NCBI GenBank assembly: GCA_963776345.1
Contig: CAVZMH010000015.1
Span: 32,001 to 96,000 of the forward strand
Direction: 5' to 3'
Source of the DNA: an uncultured delta proteobacterium
GTDB lineage: Bacteria > Myxococcota > Myxococcia > Myxococcales > Myxococcaceae
DNA: 64,000 bases
Shown here: positions 8,986-20,655 of the stretch, in pieces
How the letters are laid out: each line of letters begins with the position of its first letter
Numbering within the stretch: position 1 is the stretch's first letter
Program-made: the position numbers and the translations under genes
The notes under the pieces: generated by a model
Databases searched by the model: none
What the model was told of the DNA's origin: nothing
What the model saw: only the letters and a program-made list of their open reading frames with translations

Positions 8986-10131
8986 TCACTCGGCGAGCGG
9001 CAGGCCGGCGAGCAGCGCCCGGAACTCCTCGGCCAGCCGGCCAACCTCCTCGGCGGCGACCACGGCCAGGCTCTCCTTCCGGGCCCGGCGGAGGAAGTCG
9101 TCGAGCGGCTCGCTCCGGCCGTAGAGCCCGGCGGCGATCTCCGCCGCCTCGGCCAGGGCCACCGCGGCGGCCCGGCGGTCGGCGGCCAGGAGCGACTCGG
9201 CCTGCTCGAGCTTCACCCCGCTCCGGGCCCAGACCTCGTGGTCGTGCCGCCGGAGCAGCGTCCGCTGGTTGACCACCACCAGGCTCTTCACCAGCTCGAG
9301 CACGCGCTGACAGAGATCCATCACGTCCGCCTTCGCCGGGAGCGGCAGGGCGGCCATGCTCCGGACCTCGTGCCGGTACTCGATGAGCCGGCGCTTGTCC
9401 TGGGCGCGCAGCGAGCGGTACGGAGCCGTGCGCCCGAAGGCGTCCATCTCCTGCTCGAGGTGCTGGGCATGCCACTGCACGTCCTCGGCACTTGCCTGCC
9501 GGAGCTTGCCCGCGCGGGCCTCCAGGACGCGGCGCAGATCGGCCACCGCCGCCCGGACCCCGACGGCGCCGGCCACCTCCTCGGCGTGTCCGGGGACGAC
9601 CTCCGCGCGCTCCACGTCGCCGAAGGGTGCCACCAGGTCGAAGACCACCGTGCCGATGTGCTCGCGGATCCGGGTCCGCGACGCCTGGACCTCGGCGAGC
9701 AGGTTCCACCGGTCGGCGACCACGCCCGGATCACGCACCTTCGCCCCGAGCATCTGGACCTGCTCGAAGAGCTGGGCGGCCGCCGACTCGAGCACGCGCT
9801 CGAGCCGTGCCCGGGTCGCGTCGTCGAGCACCGCGTCCTCCACCAGCGACGCGAGGCCGTTGCCGCGCGAGGCGGGCTGGGCGGCGAGCTGCGTCCGCAC
9901 GAGGTCGATGAAGGCGTTCACGTCTCGCAGCGTCGCCGCGACCACCGGGGCCATCTCCTCCCAGGTGGAGAGATCGAGGCTCGAGGCCGTCACCGGCGAC
10001 TCGTACTGGAGCAGGTCCAGGTCGGTGAGCCCCACCAGCGCGTTCGCCGCCCCGTGACAGACCTGCCGGAGACGGGTGGCCTGCGACTCCGGGACTGCGG
10101 AAAGTGCCGATTCGAGCGCGGGAGGCAGCAA
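8986..10131 (-). CDS. Hypothetical helical protein
   Basis: About 380 aa with natural codon bias and helical composition; start uncertain (TTG 10131 or ATG 10179). Confidence 0.7.
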   Translation of the reverse strand: MLPPALESALSAVPESQATRLRQVCHGAANALVGLTDLDLLQYESPVTASSLDLSTWEEMAPVVAATLRDVNAFIDLVRTQLAAQPASRGNGLASLVEDAVLDDATRARLERVLESAAAQLFEQVQMLGAKVRDPGVVADRWNLLAEVQASRTRIREHIGTVVFDLVAPFGDVERAEVVPGHAEEVAGAVGVRAAVADLRRVLEARAGKLRQASAEDVQWHAQHLEQEMDAFGRTAPYRSLRAQDKRRLIEYRHEVRSMAALPLPAKADVMDLCQRVLELVKSLVVVNQRTLLRRHDHEVWARSGVKLEQAESLLAADRRAAAVALAEAAEIAAGLYGRSEPLDDFLRRARKESLAVVAAEEVGRLAEEFRALLAGLPLAE

Positions 10132-10184
10132 GGGACAGTCCGAGAGCTTGCACGGACTCCACGCGGCGATCCATGTCACTCGGC

Positions 10185-10973
10185 ATGCCTACATGGACCG
10201 CTCCTGGAGGAATCCGGCTCCGCTTTCGCGACGTCGGCAGTGGCCCGCCGGTGGTGCTCCTTCATGCCTTCCCGCTGGAGGGCGAGATGTTCGAGCCGCA
10301 GTGGTCGGCGCTGGCCGAGCGCGGGCGGTTCATCGTCCCGGACCTGCGCGGATTCGGCGGGAGCAGCGTCCTGGCCGGCCCGAGCGAGATGGGCGCGATG
10401 GCGGACGACGTGCTCGCGCTCCTGGACCATCTGTCGATCGACTCGGCGGTCGTGGGCGGGGTGTCGATGGGCGGCTACGTGGCGCTCGCGCTGCTCCGGA
10501 ACGATCCGGGCCGGGTCCGCGCCCTGGTGCTCGCCGACACCCAGACCTCCGCCGACGACGCGCAGGGGCGGGCCGCCCGCGAGGCGACGGCGCAGGAGGT
10601 GCTGGCGAAGGGCTCGACGGCGCTGCTCCCGATCATCGCCCGGCTGCTCGGGCCGTCGGCTTCGGCCGACCTGCGGTCGCGGGTCTCCGCCTGGATCACC
10701 GCCGGCTCGCCCGAGGGTCAGGCCGCCGCCCTGCGCGGGATGGCGCTCCGCCCGGACACCCGCGACATCCTCACCCGGTTCGGCGGGCCGGTCCTGGTCG
10801 TGGTCGGCACCGACGATGTCATCACTCCGCCGGCGAAGGCGCGGACGATGGCGGAGCTGGTCCCCGGGGCGGAGCTGGTGGAGATCTCCGGCGCAGGCCA
10901 CCTGGCGAACCTCGAGCAGCCCGAGGCCTTCAACGCCGCGCTCGGCCGCTTCCTGGCGCGCGTCGGCGGCTGA
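10185..10973 (+). CDS. Alpha/beta fold hydrolase (PcaD-like)
   Basis: LLHAFP, PDLRGFG, GVSMGG nucleophile elbow, GAGHLANLEQP. Confidence 0.9.
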   Translation: MPTWTAPGGIRLRFRDVGSGPPVVLLHAFPLEGEMFEPQWSALAERGRFIVPDLRGFGGSSVLAGPSEMGAMADDVLALLDHLSIDSAVVGGVSMGGYVALALLRNDPGRVRALVLADTQTSADDAQGRAAREATAQEVLAKGSTALLPIIARLLGPSASADLRSRVSAWITAGSPEGQAAALRGMALRPDTRDILTRFGGPVLVVVGTDDVITPPAKARTMAELVPGAELVEISGAGHLANLEQPEAFNAALGRFLARVGG

Positions 10974-10979
10974 GCTCCC

Positions 10980-11081
10980 GGCGAGCTCATGCCCTGGCGG
11001 GCCTCACCCTGGCCGGGGTGGATCCAGGGCGCCATCCACTCGGGGCTCCGCGCCGCCCGCGAGGTCGCCGCGACCGTCTGA
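10980..11081 (+). pseudogene. Relic of a flavin monoamine oxidase-family gene (C-terminus only)
   Basis: Frame reads GELMPWRASPWPGWIQGAIHSGLRAAREVAATV*, matching the family C-terminal GE..(W)xGWxxGAxxSGxRAAxEV motif; no upstream body. Confidence 0.55.
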
Positions 11082-12126
11082 GGCGGGCCTTCGCCGCGTG
11101 ATCTCCCCGAGCACCTCGGCCAGGAAGCGGCGGAGGTTCAGGCCGAGGATGCGCTCGACGCGGGGCCGCGGGTGGCCGCGCCCGAGGAGCAGCGCGGTCA
11201 GCTTCCAGAAGATCCGTCACGTCCCGCATCCCGACCGGCAGGGGCACGAGCCCGTCGAAGTCGCTGCCGAGGCAGACCGCCTCCTCGCCCGCCACGCGGA
11301 CCGCGTGCTCGATGTGGTCGGCGACGGCGTCGAGCCGCCGGTCGCCGAGGTAGGGCGTCCCGAAGATGATTCCGATGACCCCGCCCCGATCGGCGATGCG
11401 CCGGAGCGCGGCGTCGTCGAGGTTGCGCCACCGCGGACCGAGCGCGGCCACGCCGGTGTGGGAGCAGAAGATGCGCGCCTGCTCCTGCCCCAGCAGCGCG
11501 GCGAGGAGACGGGGCGAGGCGTGCGCAACGTCCACCGCCAGGCCTTGGCTCGCCATCGCCTCGAGCACCTGCGCTCCGAGGAGGGTGAGCCCGAGCCGGC
11601 GGCGGAACGGGAAGGAGGAGCCGCCGAGCTCGTTGGGGACCAGGTGGGTGAGCCCCATGAACGCCACGCCGCGCCGGGCGAGCTCGGCCACCCGCTCGAC
11701 CCGGCCCTCGATCGCCTGGCCGCCCTCGACGCCCAGCACGCAGGCCAGCTTCCGGTCGCGCTCGGCGCCGTCCAGCATCGCCGGAGTCCGGGCGAGCACC
11801 GCGGCGCCGGACGCGCAGGCCTCGGCGAGCCGATCGAGCTGGAACAGCGTCCGCGTCCACGGGCTCCGGACGGCGGCGAGCGGCCAGCCGTGCGCGAGCG
11901 CAAAAGCCGGGAATCCGCCGATGAACGGGAACCCTCGCGAGACGACGGTGAAGACCTGGAGCCGGACGCCCGCCTCGGCGAGGCGGACGAAGTCGACGTG
12001 CCCCCGGCGCTGTCGGACCCGGAGGTCGCGGTTCCAGAGCAGCGCGTCGGCGTGGGCGTCGGCCACGTACGCCTGCCGATGCAGCGTGCGTGCTTCCTCC
12101 TCGAGGGCTCGGCTCCGATTCAACAC
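11004..12126 (-). pseudogene. Membrane dipeptidase (M19 family), frameshifted near the C-terminus
   Basis: DAHAD, LGVEGG, DVAHAS, SHTG, RNLDD, LGSDFDG. One extra base at about 11209-11210 shifts the conserved end WKLTALLLGRG..VERILGLNLRRFL out of frame; real lesion or assembly error. Confidence 0.8.
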
Positions 12127-12179
12127 GCAGAGGCTACCCCGGAGGGAACTGCCAGGCACCCCGCGCTAGACTCGGGCGC

Positions 12180-13031
12180 GTGCCCCCGTCGACTGCACCG
12201 ATGCGCGTGAGTCGCGACGAGCTGCGCTTCGACTTCGGCGAGGCGCGGTTCCGGCTGCCACGCGACCGGGAGCTCCTCGGGTGGATCGTCGATCAGTTCC
12301 TCTACGGCGAGGTCACCGGCATCCAGGTCGGCCACTGGCTGTACGCCGCGCCCTCGCTCGAGGCCGCCACCTTCTTCGCCCGCCAGGCGAGCGAGGAGCT
12401 GGCCCACGTCCGCGTCTTCCTCCGCATCCACGCCCTGCTCGGGACGACCCCCGGGCCGCCCCACCCCGTGGTCCGCTTCCTCTCCACCGGGGCGATGGGG
12501 TCGGACTACGCCGAGCACGTGGCCACCGAGATGGCCGTCGGCGAGGGCCTGGTCCTGGCGGTGTTCCAGGCGCTCATCGACACCGTGGACGCGCCGGAGA
12601 TCGTCCGGCTCCTCGAGGCCGCGGCCCGGCAGGAGGAGCGCCACGTCGCCTTCGGAGAGGCGGAGACGGCGCGGCTCCTCGCCGAGCGCCCGGGCCTGGC
12701 CGACGACCTCCTCGGCGCGAACCTCCTCACGCTGCTCGCCCTGCCCCGGCTGGCGCGCTTCATTCAGCGGCGGCTCGGGAGCGAGCACGAGGTCCTGCGC
12801 CACATCGAGGCGTTCCTCGGCCACGTCGTCGGGCTGACCGAGCTGCGGCTCCAACGGCTCGGTATCCTCCGGGGCTCCCTCCCGGACCTCGGGTGGGGAC
12901 GCCGCGCCTGGCTCGTCGCCCGCGCCTACCTCCGGCACCAGCTCAACCGCTTCCGCCGGCCTCGCCGGCTGACCGACACGTACCTGTCGGATCCTCTGCT
13001 CCGGCACGCGGAGACGGAGGCCGCCGAGTGA
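12180..13031 (+). CDS. Ferritin-like (diiron) domain protein
   Basis: Carboxylate/His pattern FLYGE...EELAH...VGEG...EERH. Start GTG 12180 (7 nt after TAGACT) or ATG 12201. Confidence 0.75.
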   Translation: MPPSTAPMRVSRDELRFDFGEARFRLPRDRELLGWIVDQFLYGEVTGIQVGHWLYAAPSLEAATFFARQASEELAHVRVFLRIHALLGTTPGPPHPVVRFLSTGAMGSDYAEHVATEMAVGEGLVLAVFQALIDTVDAPEIVRLLEAAARQEERHVAFGEAETARLLAERPGLADDLLGANLLTLLALPRLARFIQRRLGSEHEVLRHIEAFLGHVVGLTELRLQRLGILRGSLPDLGWGRRAWLVARAYLRHQLNRFRRPRRLTDTYLSDPLLRHAETEAAE

Positions 13032-13228
13032 CCCTCACCGTCAATGGAGAGCGCCGCGACGTCGCGGACGGGCTGACGGTCGCCGCCCTGGTGACCGAGC
13101 TGGGCGTCCGCGGGCGGGTGGCGGTCGAGCTCAACGGCGAGGTGCTCCGGCAGGCCCAGCATCCGGAGGTGACGCTCCGCGAGGGCGACACCCTCGAGGT
13201 GGTGACGTTCGTGGGCGGAGGGGCGTAG
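13028..13228 (+). CDS. thiS: Sulfur carrier protein ThiS
   Basis: TLTVNGE...VAVELNGEV...[18 protein letters not shown] overlap; precedes thiG. Confidence 0.9.
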   Translation: MTLTVNGERRDVADGLTVAALVTELGVRGRVAVELNGEVLRQAQHPEVTLREGDTLEVVTFVGGGA

Positions 13229-13238
13229 AACTCTCTCC

Positions 13239-14012
13239 ATGGACGACGCTCTGGTCATCGCGGGCAAGCGGTTCGGGTCCCGTCTCCTCATCGGCACCGG
13301 GAAGTACCCGAGCCACGAGGTGATGAAGCGCTGCCACGAGGCCTCCGGCGCGGAGATCGTCACCGTCGCCGTCCGGCGGCTCGACCTCGCCGCGAAGGGG
13401 GAGGCCTCGCTCCTCCACTGGATCGACACCCGCCGGATGACCCTCCTGCCCAACACCGCGCTCTGCTACACGGCCGACGACGCGGTGCGGACCTGCCGGC
13501 TCGCCGCCGAGCTGGGGATGAGCAAGTGGGTGAAGCTCGAGGTGCTCGGCGACGAGCGCACCCTGTTCCCGGACGTGGAGCAGACGGTCGCCGCGGCGCG
13601 GACCCTGGTGAAGGAGGGCTTCACCGTCCTCCCCTACACCTCCGACGACCCCGTCACCGCCCGGAAGCTCGAGGACGCCGGCTGCGCCGCGGTGATGCCG
13701 CTGGCGGCCCCCATCGGCTCCGGCCTCGGCATCCGCAACCCCCACAACATCCGGCTCATCCGCGAGGTGGTGAAGGTGCCGGTCATCGTCGACGCCGGGG
13801 TGGGGACGGCGTCGGACGTGGCCATCGCCATGGAGCTCGGGTGCGACGGGGTGCTCCTCAACACCGCCGTCGCCGGAGCGAAGGACCCGGTCCGGATGGC
13901 GCAGGCGATGAAGCTCGCCGTCGAGGCCGGCCGCGCGGCCTTCCTCGCCGGGCGGATCCCGCGCAAGGCATACGGCTCGGCCTCGAGCCCGCTCGAGGGC
14001 CTGGTCGACTGA
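13239..14012 (+). CDS. thiG: Thiazole synthase
   Basis: [40 protein letters not shown]. Confidence 0.97.
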   Translation: MDDALVIAGKRFGSRLLIGTGKYPSHEVMKRCHEASGAEIVTVAVRRLDLAAKGEASLLHWIDTRRMTLLPNTALCYTADDAVRTCRLAAELGMSKWVKLEVLGDERTLFPDVEQTVAAARTLVKEGFTVLPYTSDDPVTARKLEDAGCAAVMPLAAPIGSGLGIRNPHNIRLIREVVKVPVIVDAGVGTASDVAIAMELGCDGVLLNTAVAGAKDPVRMAQAMKLAVEAGRAAFLAGRIPRKAYGSASSPLEGLVD

Positions 14013-14617
14013 GGCTCCCGAAGCTCATCGTCCTCACCGACTGGACGCTGCCCGAGGCGTCCCACCGGGCCGCGCTCGAGGCGGTGGCGAACCTCGGATC
14101 CGACGTCTGCATCCAGCATCGGGACCCGGGCGCGCCGGTGCGCGGCTTCCTCGAGCGGGCGCGCTGGCTCGCCGGGCTCACCCGGCGCGGCGGAGCGCAG
14201 CTGGCCATCAACGGGCGGCTAGACGTCGCGCTCCTGGTCGACGCGCACCTCCATCTTCCGGTCGATGCGCCCAGGCCCCGCGAGGTCCGGCCCCACCTCC
14301 CGCCGGAGCGCTGGCTCAGCGCGGCCGCCCACTCGACCGAGGAGCTGCGCGCGGCGAGCGGCTGCGATGCCCTGCTCCTCTCTCCCGTCTACGCGCCCGG
14401 GTCGAAGCCCGGCGACAGCCGCCCGCCGCTCGGGACCGAGGGCTTCGAGCGCCTCGCCCGCGCCGCGGCGCCCACGCCCTGCTACGCGCTCGGGGGGATG
14501 ACGCCGTCGCGGCTCCGATCGCTCTCCGTGGCCGGAGGCGTCGCCGCGCAGAGCGCCATCCTCCACGCGCCGGATCCGGCCGCCGCCGCACGCGCGCTCC
14601 TCGCCGCGCTCCGCTGA
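14009..14617 (+). CDS. thiE: Thiamine phosphate synthase / TenI-family protein
   Basis: [33 protein letters not shown]. Apparent CTG start overlapping the thiG stop (CTGA). Confidence 0.75.
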   Translation: MRLPKLIVLTDWTLPEASHRAALEAVANLGSDVCIQHRDPGAPVRGFLERARWLAGLTRRGGAQLAINGRLDVALLVDAHLHLPVDAPRPREVRPHLPPERWLSAAAHSTEELRAASGCDALLLSPVYAPGSKPGDSRPPLGTEGFERLARAAAPTPCYALGGMTPSRLRSLSVAGGVAAQSAILHAPDPAAAARALLAALR

Positions 14618-14797
14618 ACGCATCTTCGTTGCGCTCGCACCGCTCTCTGCGCTCCGATCGCGTGCGGATGCGCTCGAAGGCGTCGGGCGCCCGCCGCCCG
14701 CGCCGGGCGACTCTGGGCATACCCCCCGAGCGAGCCCTGGATGGATAGTTCGCCACCCGCGCGCAAACGCGTCGTGGGATCCCTCCCTCGCGACGCA

Positions 14798-14821
14798 CGG
14801 ATTGCAGTCCGGATGGCAGTC
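14798..14821. repeat. 12-bp tandem direct repeat, candidate enhancer-binding-protein site
   Basis: CGGATTGCAGTC CGGATGGCAGTC (11/12 identical), ending about 85 bp upstream of a sigma54 motif. Confidence 0.5.
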
Positions 14822-14905
14822 CCCGGGCATGGAATCCCGAGGAGATTCGCGGGCCGACCCGATCCACTGTATGAACTCCCGCGCAACGCCGAGTCTCCCG
14901 CGCGG

Positions 14906-14921
14906 TGGCACGTCGCCTGCT
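14906..14921 (+). promoter_or_regulatory. Sigma54 -24/-12 promoter of the ccm operon
   Basis: TGGCACGTCGCCTGCT vs consensus TGGCACG-N4-TTGCW; exact GG-N10-GC spacing; 45 nt upstream of ccmA. Confidence 0.65.
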
Positions 14922-14966
14922 TGCGTTTTCGCCGGTTTTCGGACAGGTCAACCCCTCTCGGACGAC

Positions 14967-15611
14967 GTGGAACACGCCCCTGCTCTGCAGCTGCACGAGG
15001 TCAGCAAGCGCTACGGAGCGCGGTGGGCGCTCGTCCGGCTCTCGCTGACCGTGAAGCGCGGCGCGGCGCTGCTCCTCACCGGTCACAACGGGTCGGGGAA
15101 GACGACGCTGCTCCGCGTGCTGGCCACCGCGGTCCGCCCCTCGGCGGGACGGGTGGAGGTGCTGGGGCTCGACACCGCGCTCGAGCCGGAGAAGGTCCGG
15201 GCGCAGGTGGGCCTCCTGAGCCACGCCCACTTCGTCTACGAGGACCTCTCCGGGCTGGAAAATCTCGTGGTCCTCGCGCGGCTGCTCGGCGAGCCCGAGT
15301 CCGCCGCCACCGGCGCGCTGGAGCGCGTGAGCCTCTCACCCAAGGACGACCGGCCAGTCCGGACGTACTCGGCCGGGATGCGCCGGCGGCTGGCCCTGGC
15401 GCGGCTCTTCCTCAAGCAGCCCGCCGTGGCCCTCCTCGACGAGCCCTTCGTCGAGCTGGACCCGACCGGCATCTCCGAGCTCGAGGCGCGCATCCGCGAG
15501 CTGCGCGCCGCCGGCACCACGCTGGTCCTCGCCACCCACCACATCGAACAGGGGCTTCAGCTCTGCACGGACCGATTGCATCTGGAACAGGGACGATCGA
15601 TCGCCGCATGA
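14967..15611 (+). CDS. ccmA: Heme ABC exporter ATP-binding protein CcmA
   Basis: GHNGSGKT, YSAGMRRRLALARL, LLDEPF; first gene of the ccm operon. Confidence 0.92.
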   Translation: MEHAPALQLHEVSKRYGARWALVRLSLTVKRGAALLLTGHNGSGKTTLLRVLATAVRPSAGRVEVLGLDTALEPEKVRAQVGLLSHAHFVYEDLSGLENLVVLARLLGEPESAATGALERVSLSPKDDRPVRTYSAGMRRRLALARLFLKQPAVALLDEPFVELDPTGISELEARIRELRAAGTTLVLATHHIEQGLQLCTDRLHLEQGRSIAA

Positions 15612-16294
15612 GGCTCCCTGGCCTCCTGGCCTCGACGTGGGTCCTCTTGAAAAAGGACCTGCTCCTCGAGTGGCGCTCGCTCGCGCGCGTCAACGCGCTG
15701 CTCTTCTTCTCGCTCGCCACCTTGCTCCTCTTCTCCTTCGCGCTCGGGCCGGACACCGCGCTGCTCCGGCGGAACGCCGGCGGCTACCTGTGGCTCGCGC
15801 TCCTGCTCGCCAGCGTCCTTGCCCTGGGCGAGTCGTTCCGGGTGGAGCGCGAGAACGCCACGCTGGAGGGGCTGCGGCTGGTGCCGGTGAACGCCCGGTC
15901 CATCTTCCTGGCCAAGGCCATCGCCAACGCGGTGCTGCTCGCCGCGCTCGGCGTGCTCCTGGTCCCGGTGCTGGTGGCGCTGCTCGACGTGCGGATCGTG
16001 CTCTCCTGGGGGCAGCTCCTCACCCTCATCGCGCTCGGCTGCCTGGCCATCGCCGCGCCGGGCACGCTCTACGGCGCCATCGCCAGCCACGCCCGGGCCC
16101 GGGACGTGCTCCTTCCGCTCCTCCTCTTCCCCATCCTCATCCCCGCCCTGGTGGCGGCGGCCAAGGGCACGGCGCTGGTGTTCGAGGGGGACCCGATGGG
16201 TCAGTTCCCCTCATGGCTCGCCCTCCTGACCAGCTTCGATCTGATCTACTGGGGGCTGGGGGTCCTGTTGTTCCCCCGGGTTGTCGAGGAGTAA
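15608..16294 (+). CDS. ccmB: Heme exporter permease CcmB
   Basis: LLKKDLLLEWRS, SFRVERENATLEGL, LLPLLLFP; ATGA overlap. Confidence 0.92.
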   Translation: MRLPGLLASTWVLLKKDLLLEWRSLARVNALLFFSLATLLLFSFALGPDTALLRRNAGGYLWLALLLASVLALGESFRVERENATLEGLRLVPVNARSIFLAKAIANAVLLAALGVLLVPVLVALLDVRIVLSWGQLLTLIALGCLAIAAPGTLYGAIASHARARDVLLPLLLFPILIPALVAAAKGTALVFEGDPMGQFPSWLALLTSFDLIYWGLGVLLFPRVVEE

Positions 16295-16313
16295 GCACCA
16301 TGGGTTCCTTCCT

Positions 16314-17003
16314 ATGAGCAAGCCACTCCGAATCGGGTTCGTGCTCCTCACGCTCGCCCTCCTCGTCTCCGGGGCGTGGATCGGCCTGGCCTGGGCGCCT
16401 CCCGACCGCGAGATGGGTCACGTGCAGCGCATCATGTACATGCACGTGCCCGCGGCCTGGATGGCGCTCCTCGCGGCGACGATGAACTTCGGCACCTGCG
16501 TCTCGTACCTCTGGAAAGCCTCGTGGAAGAAGGACGCCTTCGCCGAGGCCACCGCGGAGGTGGGGCTGCTGTTCGGGACCATCGCCATCCTCCTCGGCTC
16601 CATCTGGGGGCGGCCGACCTGGGGCGTGTACTGGGCGTGGGATCCCCGTCTGACCACCATGGCGATCCTCCTGGTGGCCTACGCCGGGTACCTCGCGCTG
16701 CGGCGCTTCGTGGACGACCCCGACCGGCGCGCGGTCTGGTCCGCGGTGGTGGGCATCATCATCGCGGTCGACGTCCCGGTCGTGTACTTCAGCGTGAAGT
16801 GGTGGAAGAGCCTCCACCAGGTGCAGTCCACGCCCAAGACGGTGGACCCGCAGATGGTGCTCGCGCTCCGCTGGAACGCCGTCGCCTTCCTCGCCGTCCT
16901 GATCATCTTCCTCGTCGCCCGCTACCGCATCGCGCTCGCCTCGCGGATGCGGGAGACGACCGTGCCGGATGCGCCGACCGGCGCCCGGGAGGCAGTCGTC
17001 TGA
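16314..17003 (+). CDS. ccmC: Cytochrome c biogenesis protein CcmC
   Basis: RIMYMHVPAAW; WWD motif GSIWGRPTWGVYWAWDPRLT; WWKSLHQ. Confidence 0.95.
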   Translation: MSKPLRIGFVLLTLALLVSGAWIGLAWAPPDREMGHVQRIMYMHVPAAWMALLAATMNFGTCVSYLWKASWKKDAFAEATAEVGLLFGTIAILLGSIWGRPTWGVYWAWDPRLTTMAILLVAYAGYLALRRFVDDPDRRAVWSAVVGIIIAVDVPVVYFSVKWWKSLHQVQSTPKTVDPQMVLALRWNAVAFLAVLIIFLVARYRIALASRMRETTVPDAPTGAREAVV

Positions 17004-17158
17004 TGAACACCCTGAACCTGGTTCTCGCCGCCGTCGGCGAGGGACGCATCCGCGGCGGCTGGGAGTACGTGTGGACGGCGTACGGCATCGCCTGGACCGG
17101 CCTGTCGCTCTACGCCCTGTCCTTGTGGGCCCGCTGGCCGCGGGAGGAGCGGAAGTGA
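17003..17158 (+). CDS. ccmD: CcmD-like small membrane protein
   Basis: 51 aa with WEYVWTAYG and one TM helix, between ccmC and ccmE with overlapping start/stop. Confidence 0.75.
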   Translation: MNTLNLVLAAVGEGRIRGGWEYVWTAYGIAWTGLSLYALSLWARWPREERK

Positions 17159-17624
17159 ACCCCACCACCCGCAATCGCCTGGTCGCCCTCGGCGCGCTGC
17201 TGGTCGCCGGCGCCGGCCTGTCCTTCGTCGCCTTCGGCAACATCGGGCAGAACCTGGTCTTCTACTGGACCCCGGGAGAGATGCTCGCCCAGGGCAGCAA
17301 GGCGTACGGGCCCACCATCCGCCTCGGGGGCGTGGTCCAGCCGGGCAGCCTGCAATGGGACGCCGCGCACACCCACCTCACCTTCCGGGTGGCGGACAGC
17401 GCCCAGCCGGGCGCGCCCTCGGTGGTGGTGCAGTCGCGCGAGACCCCGCCGCAGATGTTCCGCGAGCGGATCGGCGTGGTGGTGGAGGGAACGTTCGACA
17501 AGTCCCAGACGTTCACTTCGTCCAGGCTCATGGTGAACCACTCCAACGAGTACCGGCCGCCGAAGCCGGGTGACGGTCCCGACAAGTGGAAGACCACCGT
17601 CTCCGCTCCCACCGCGGAGGCCCG

Positions 17625-17628
<4 letters not shown>
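17155..17628 (+). CDS. ccmE: Heme chaperone CcmE
   Basis: NLVFYWTP, IRLGGVVQPGS, PQMFRE..VVVEG, heme-binding HxxxY (HSNEY). Confidence 0.92.
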
Positions 17629-19633
<2,005 letters not shown>

Positions 19634-19637
<4 letters not shown>

Positions 19638-20191
19638 GGAGGCGCGGGCTGTGGATCGGCCTGTCGCTGGCCGCGGTGACCGCGGTGCTGCTCTTCGTCC
19701 TGGCCAAGGGCTTCGGGCGCGATCCGCACGCGGTCCCCTTCCAGCTCCGGGGCAAGCCCGCCCCCGACTTCACCCTGAAGCGGCTGGACAACGGCGCGCC
19801 GGTGAAGCTCTCGGACCTCAAGGGCAAGCCCCTGGTCCTGAACTTCTGGGCCAGCTGGTGCGGGCCCTGCAAGATGGAGCATCCGGTCATCGCCTGGGGC
19901 GCCAAGCGGTTCGCACAGGAGGTGCAGTTCTACGGGGTGGTGTTCGAGGACACCGAGGAGAACGCCCGGGCGTTCGCCGGGAACCCGGACCCGAGCTTCC
20001 CCCAGCTCATCGACGAGCGCTCGCGGATGGCGGTGGACTACGGTGTGACCGGTGTGCCCGAGACGTACTTCATCGACGCCCAGGGCATCCTCCGCGACAA
20101 GGTGGCGGCCCCCGTGGACCCGACGACGCTGATGGAGAAGCTCGCCGCCCTCAAGCAGCCGCCCGGGCCGGTCTCGGAGGTCGTCCGATGA
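19634..20191 (+). CDS. ccmG: CcmG/DsbE thiol-disulfide oxidoreductase
   Basis: N-terminal TM, LNFWASWCGPCKMEHP, YGVTGVPETYFID. Confidence 0.9.
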
Positions 20192-20655
20192 CCGCGCTGG
20201 TCCTGGGCCTGGTGCTGTCCGCCTACGCCCCGCAGCAGGCCGGGAGCGCGCTGCTCGATCCGCCGCGCGAGGCGCGGGTGCAGGCCCTGGGCAAGCAGCT
20301 CCGCTGCCCGATGTGCCAGGGCCTCTCCATCGCCGACTCGAACTCGTCCGCGGCCCGCGCCCAGATGGACAAGGTGCGGGAGCTGGTGGCGGCCGGGAAG
20401 ACCGACCGGGAGATCCGCGACTACTTCACCGCCCGCTACGGCGAGTGGGCGCTGCTCGACCCGCCGGCGAGCGGGATGAACGTCCTGGTCTGGCTGCTCC
20501 CCCTGGCGCTGCTCCTGGGCGGCGGCCTGGCCATCGCCCGGACCATGCGGCGGCCCGTCCCCGCCCCCGCGCCGGACGCGCCGGGAGCGGCCAAGGGGCA
20601 ACCACCGTCCGATGACCCGTACCTCGAGGCGGTGCGGGCGGAGATGCGCCGGTGA
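20188..20655 (+). CDS. ccmH: Cytochrome c biogenesis protein CcmH
   Basis: LRCPMCQGLSIADS, YFTARYGEWALLDPP. Confidence 0.93.
   Translation: MTALVLGLVLSAYAPQQAGSALLDPPREARVQALGKQLRCPMCQGLSIADSNSSAARAQMDKVRELVAAGKTDREIRDYFTARYGEWALLDPPASGMNVLVWLLPLALLLGGGLAIARTMRRPVPAPAPDAPGAAKGQPPSDDPYLEAVRAEMRR

Noticed and set aside
12120..12200. TPP riboswitch upstream of the thi genes
   Set aside because: No CTGAGA or other conserved core seen, and the intergenic space is too short
8677..12210. 1177-aa plus-strand ORF and the many other overlapping ORFs in the track
   Set aside because: No motifs; they overlap well-supported genes in other frames or on the other strand
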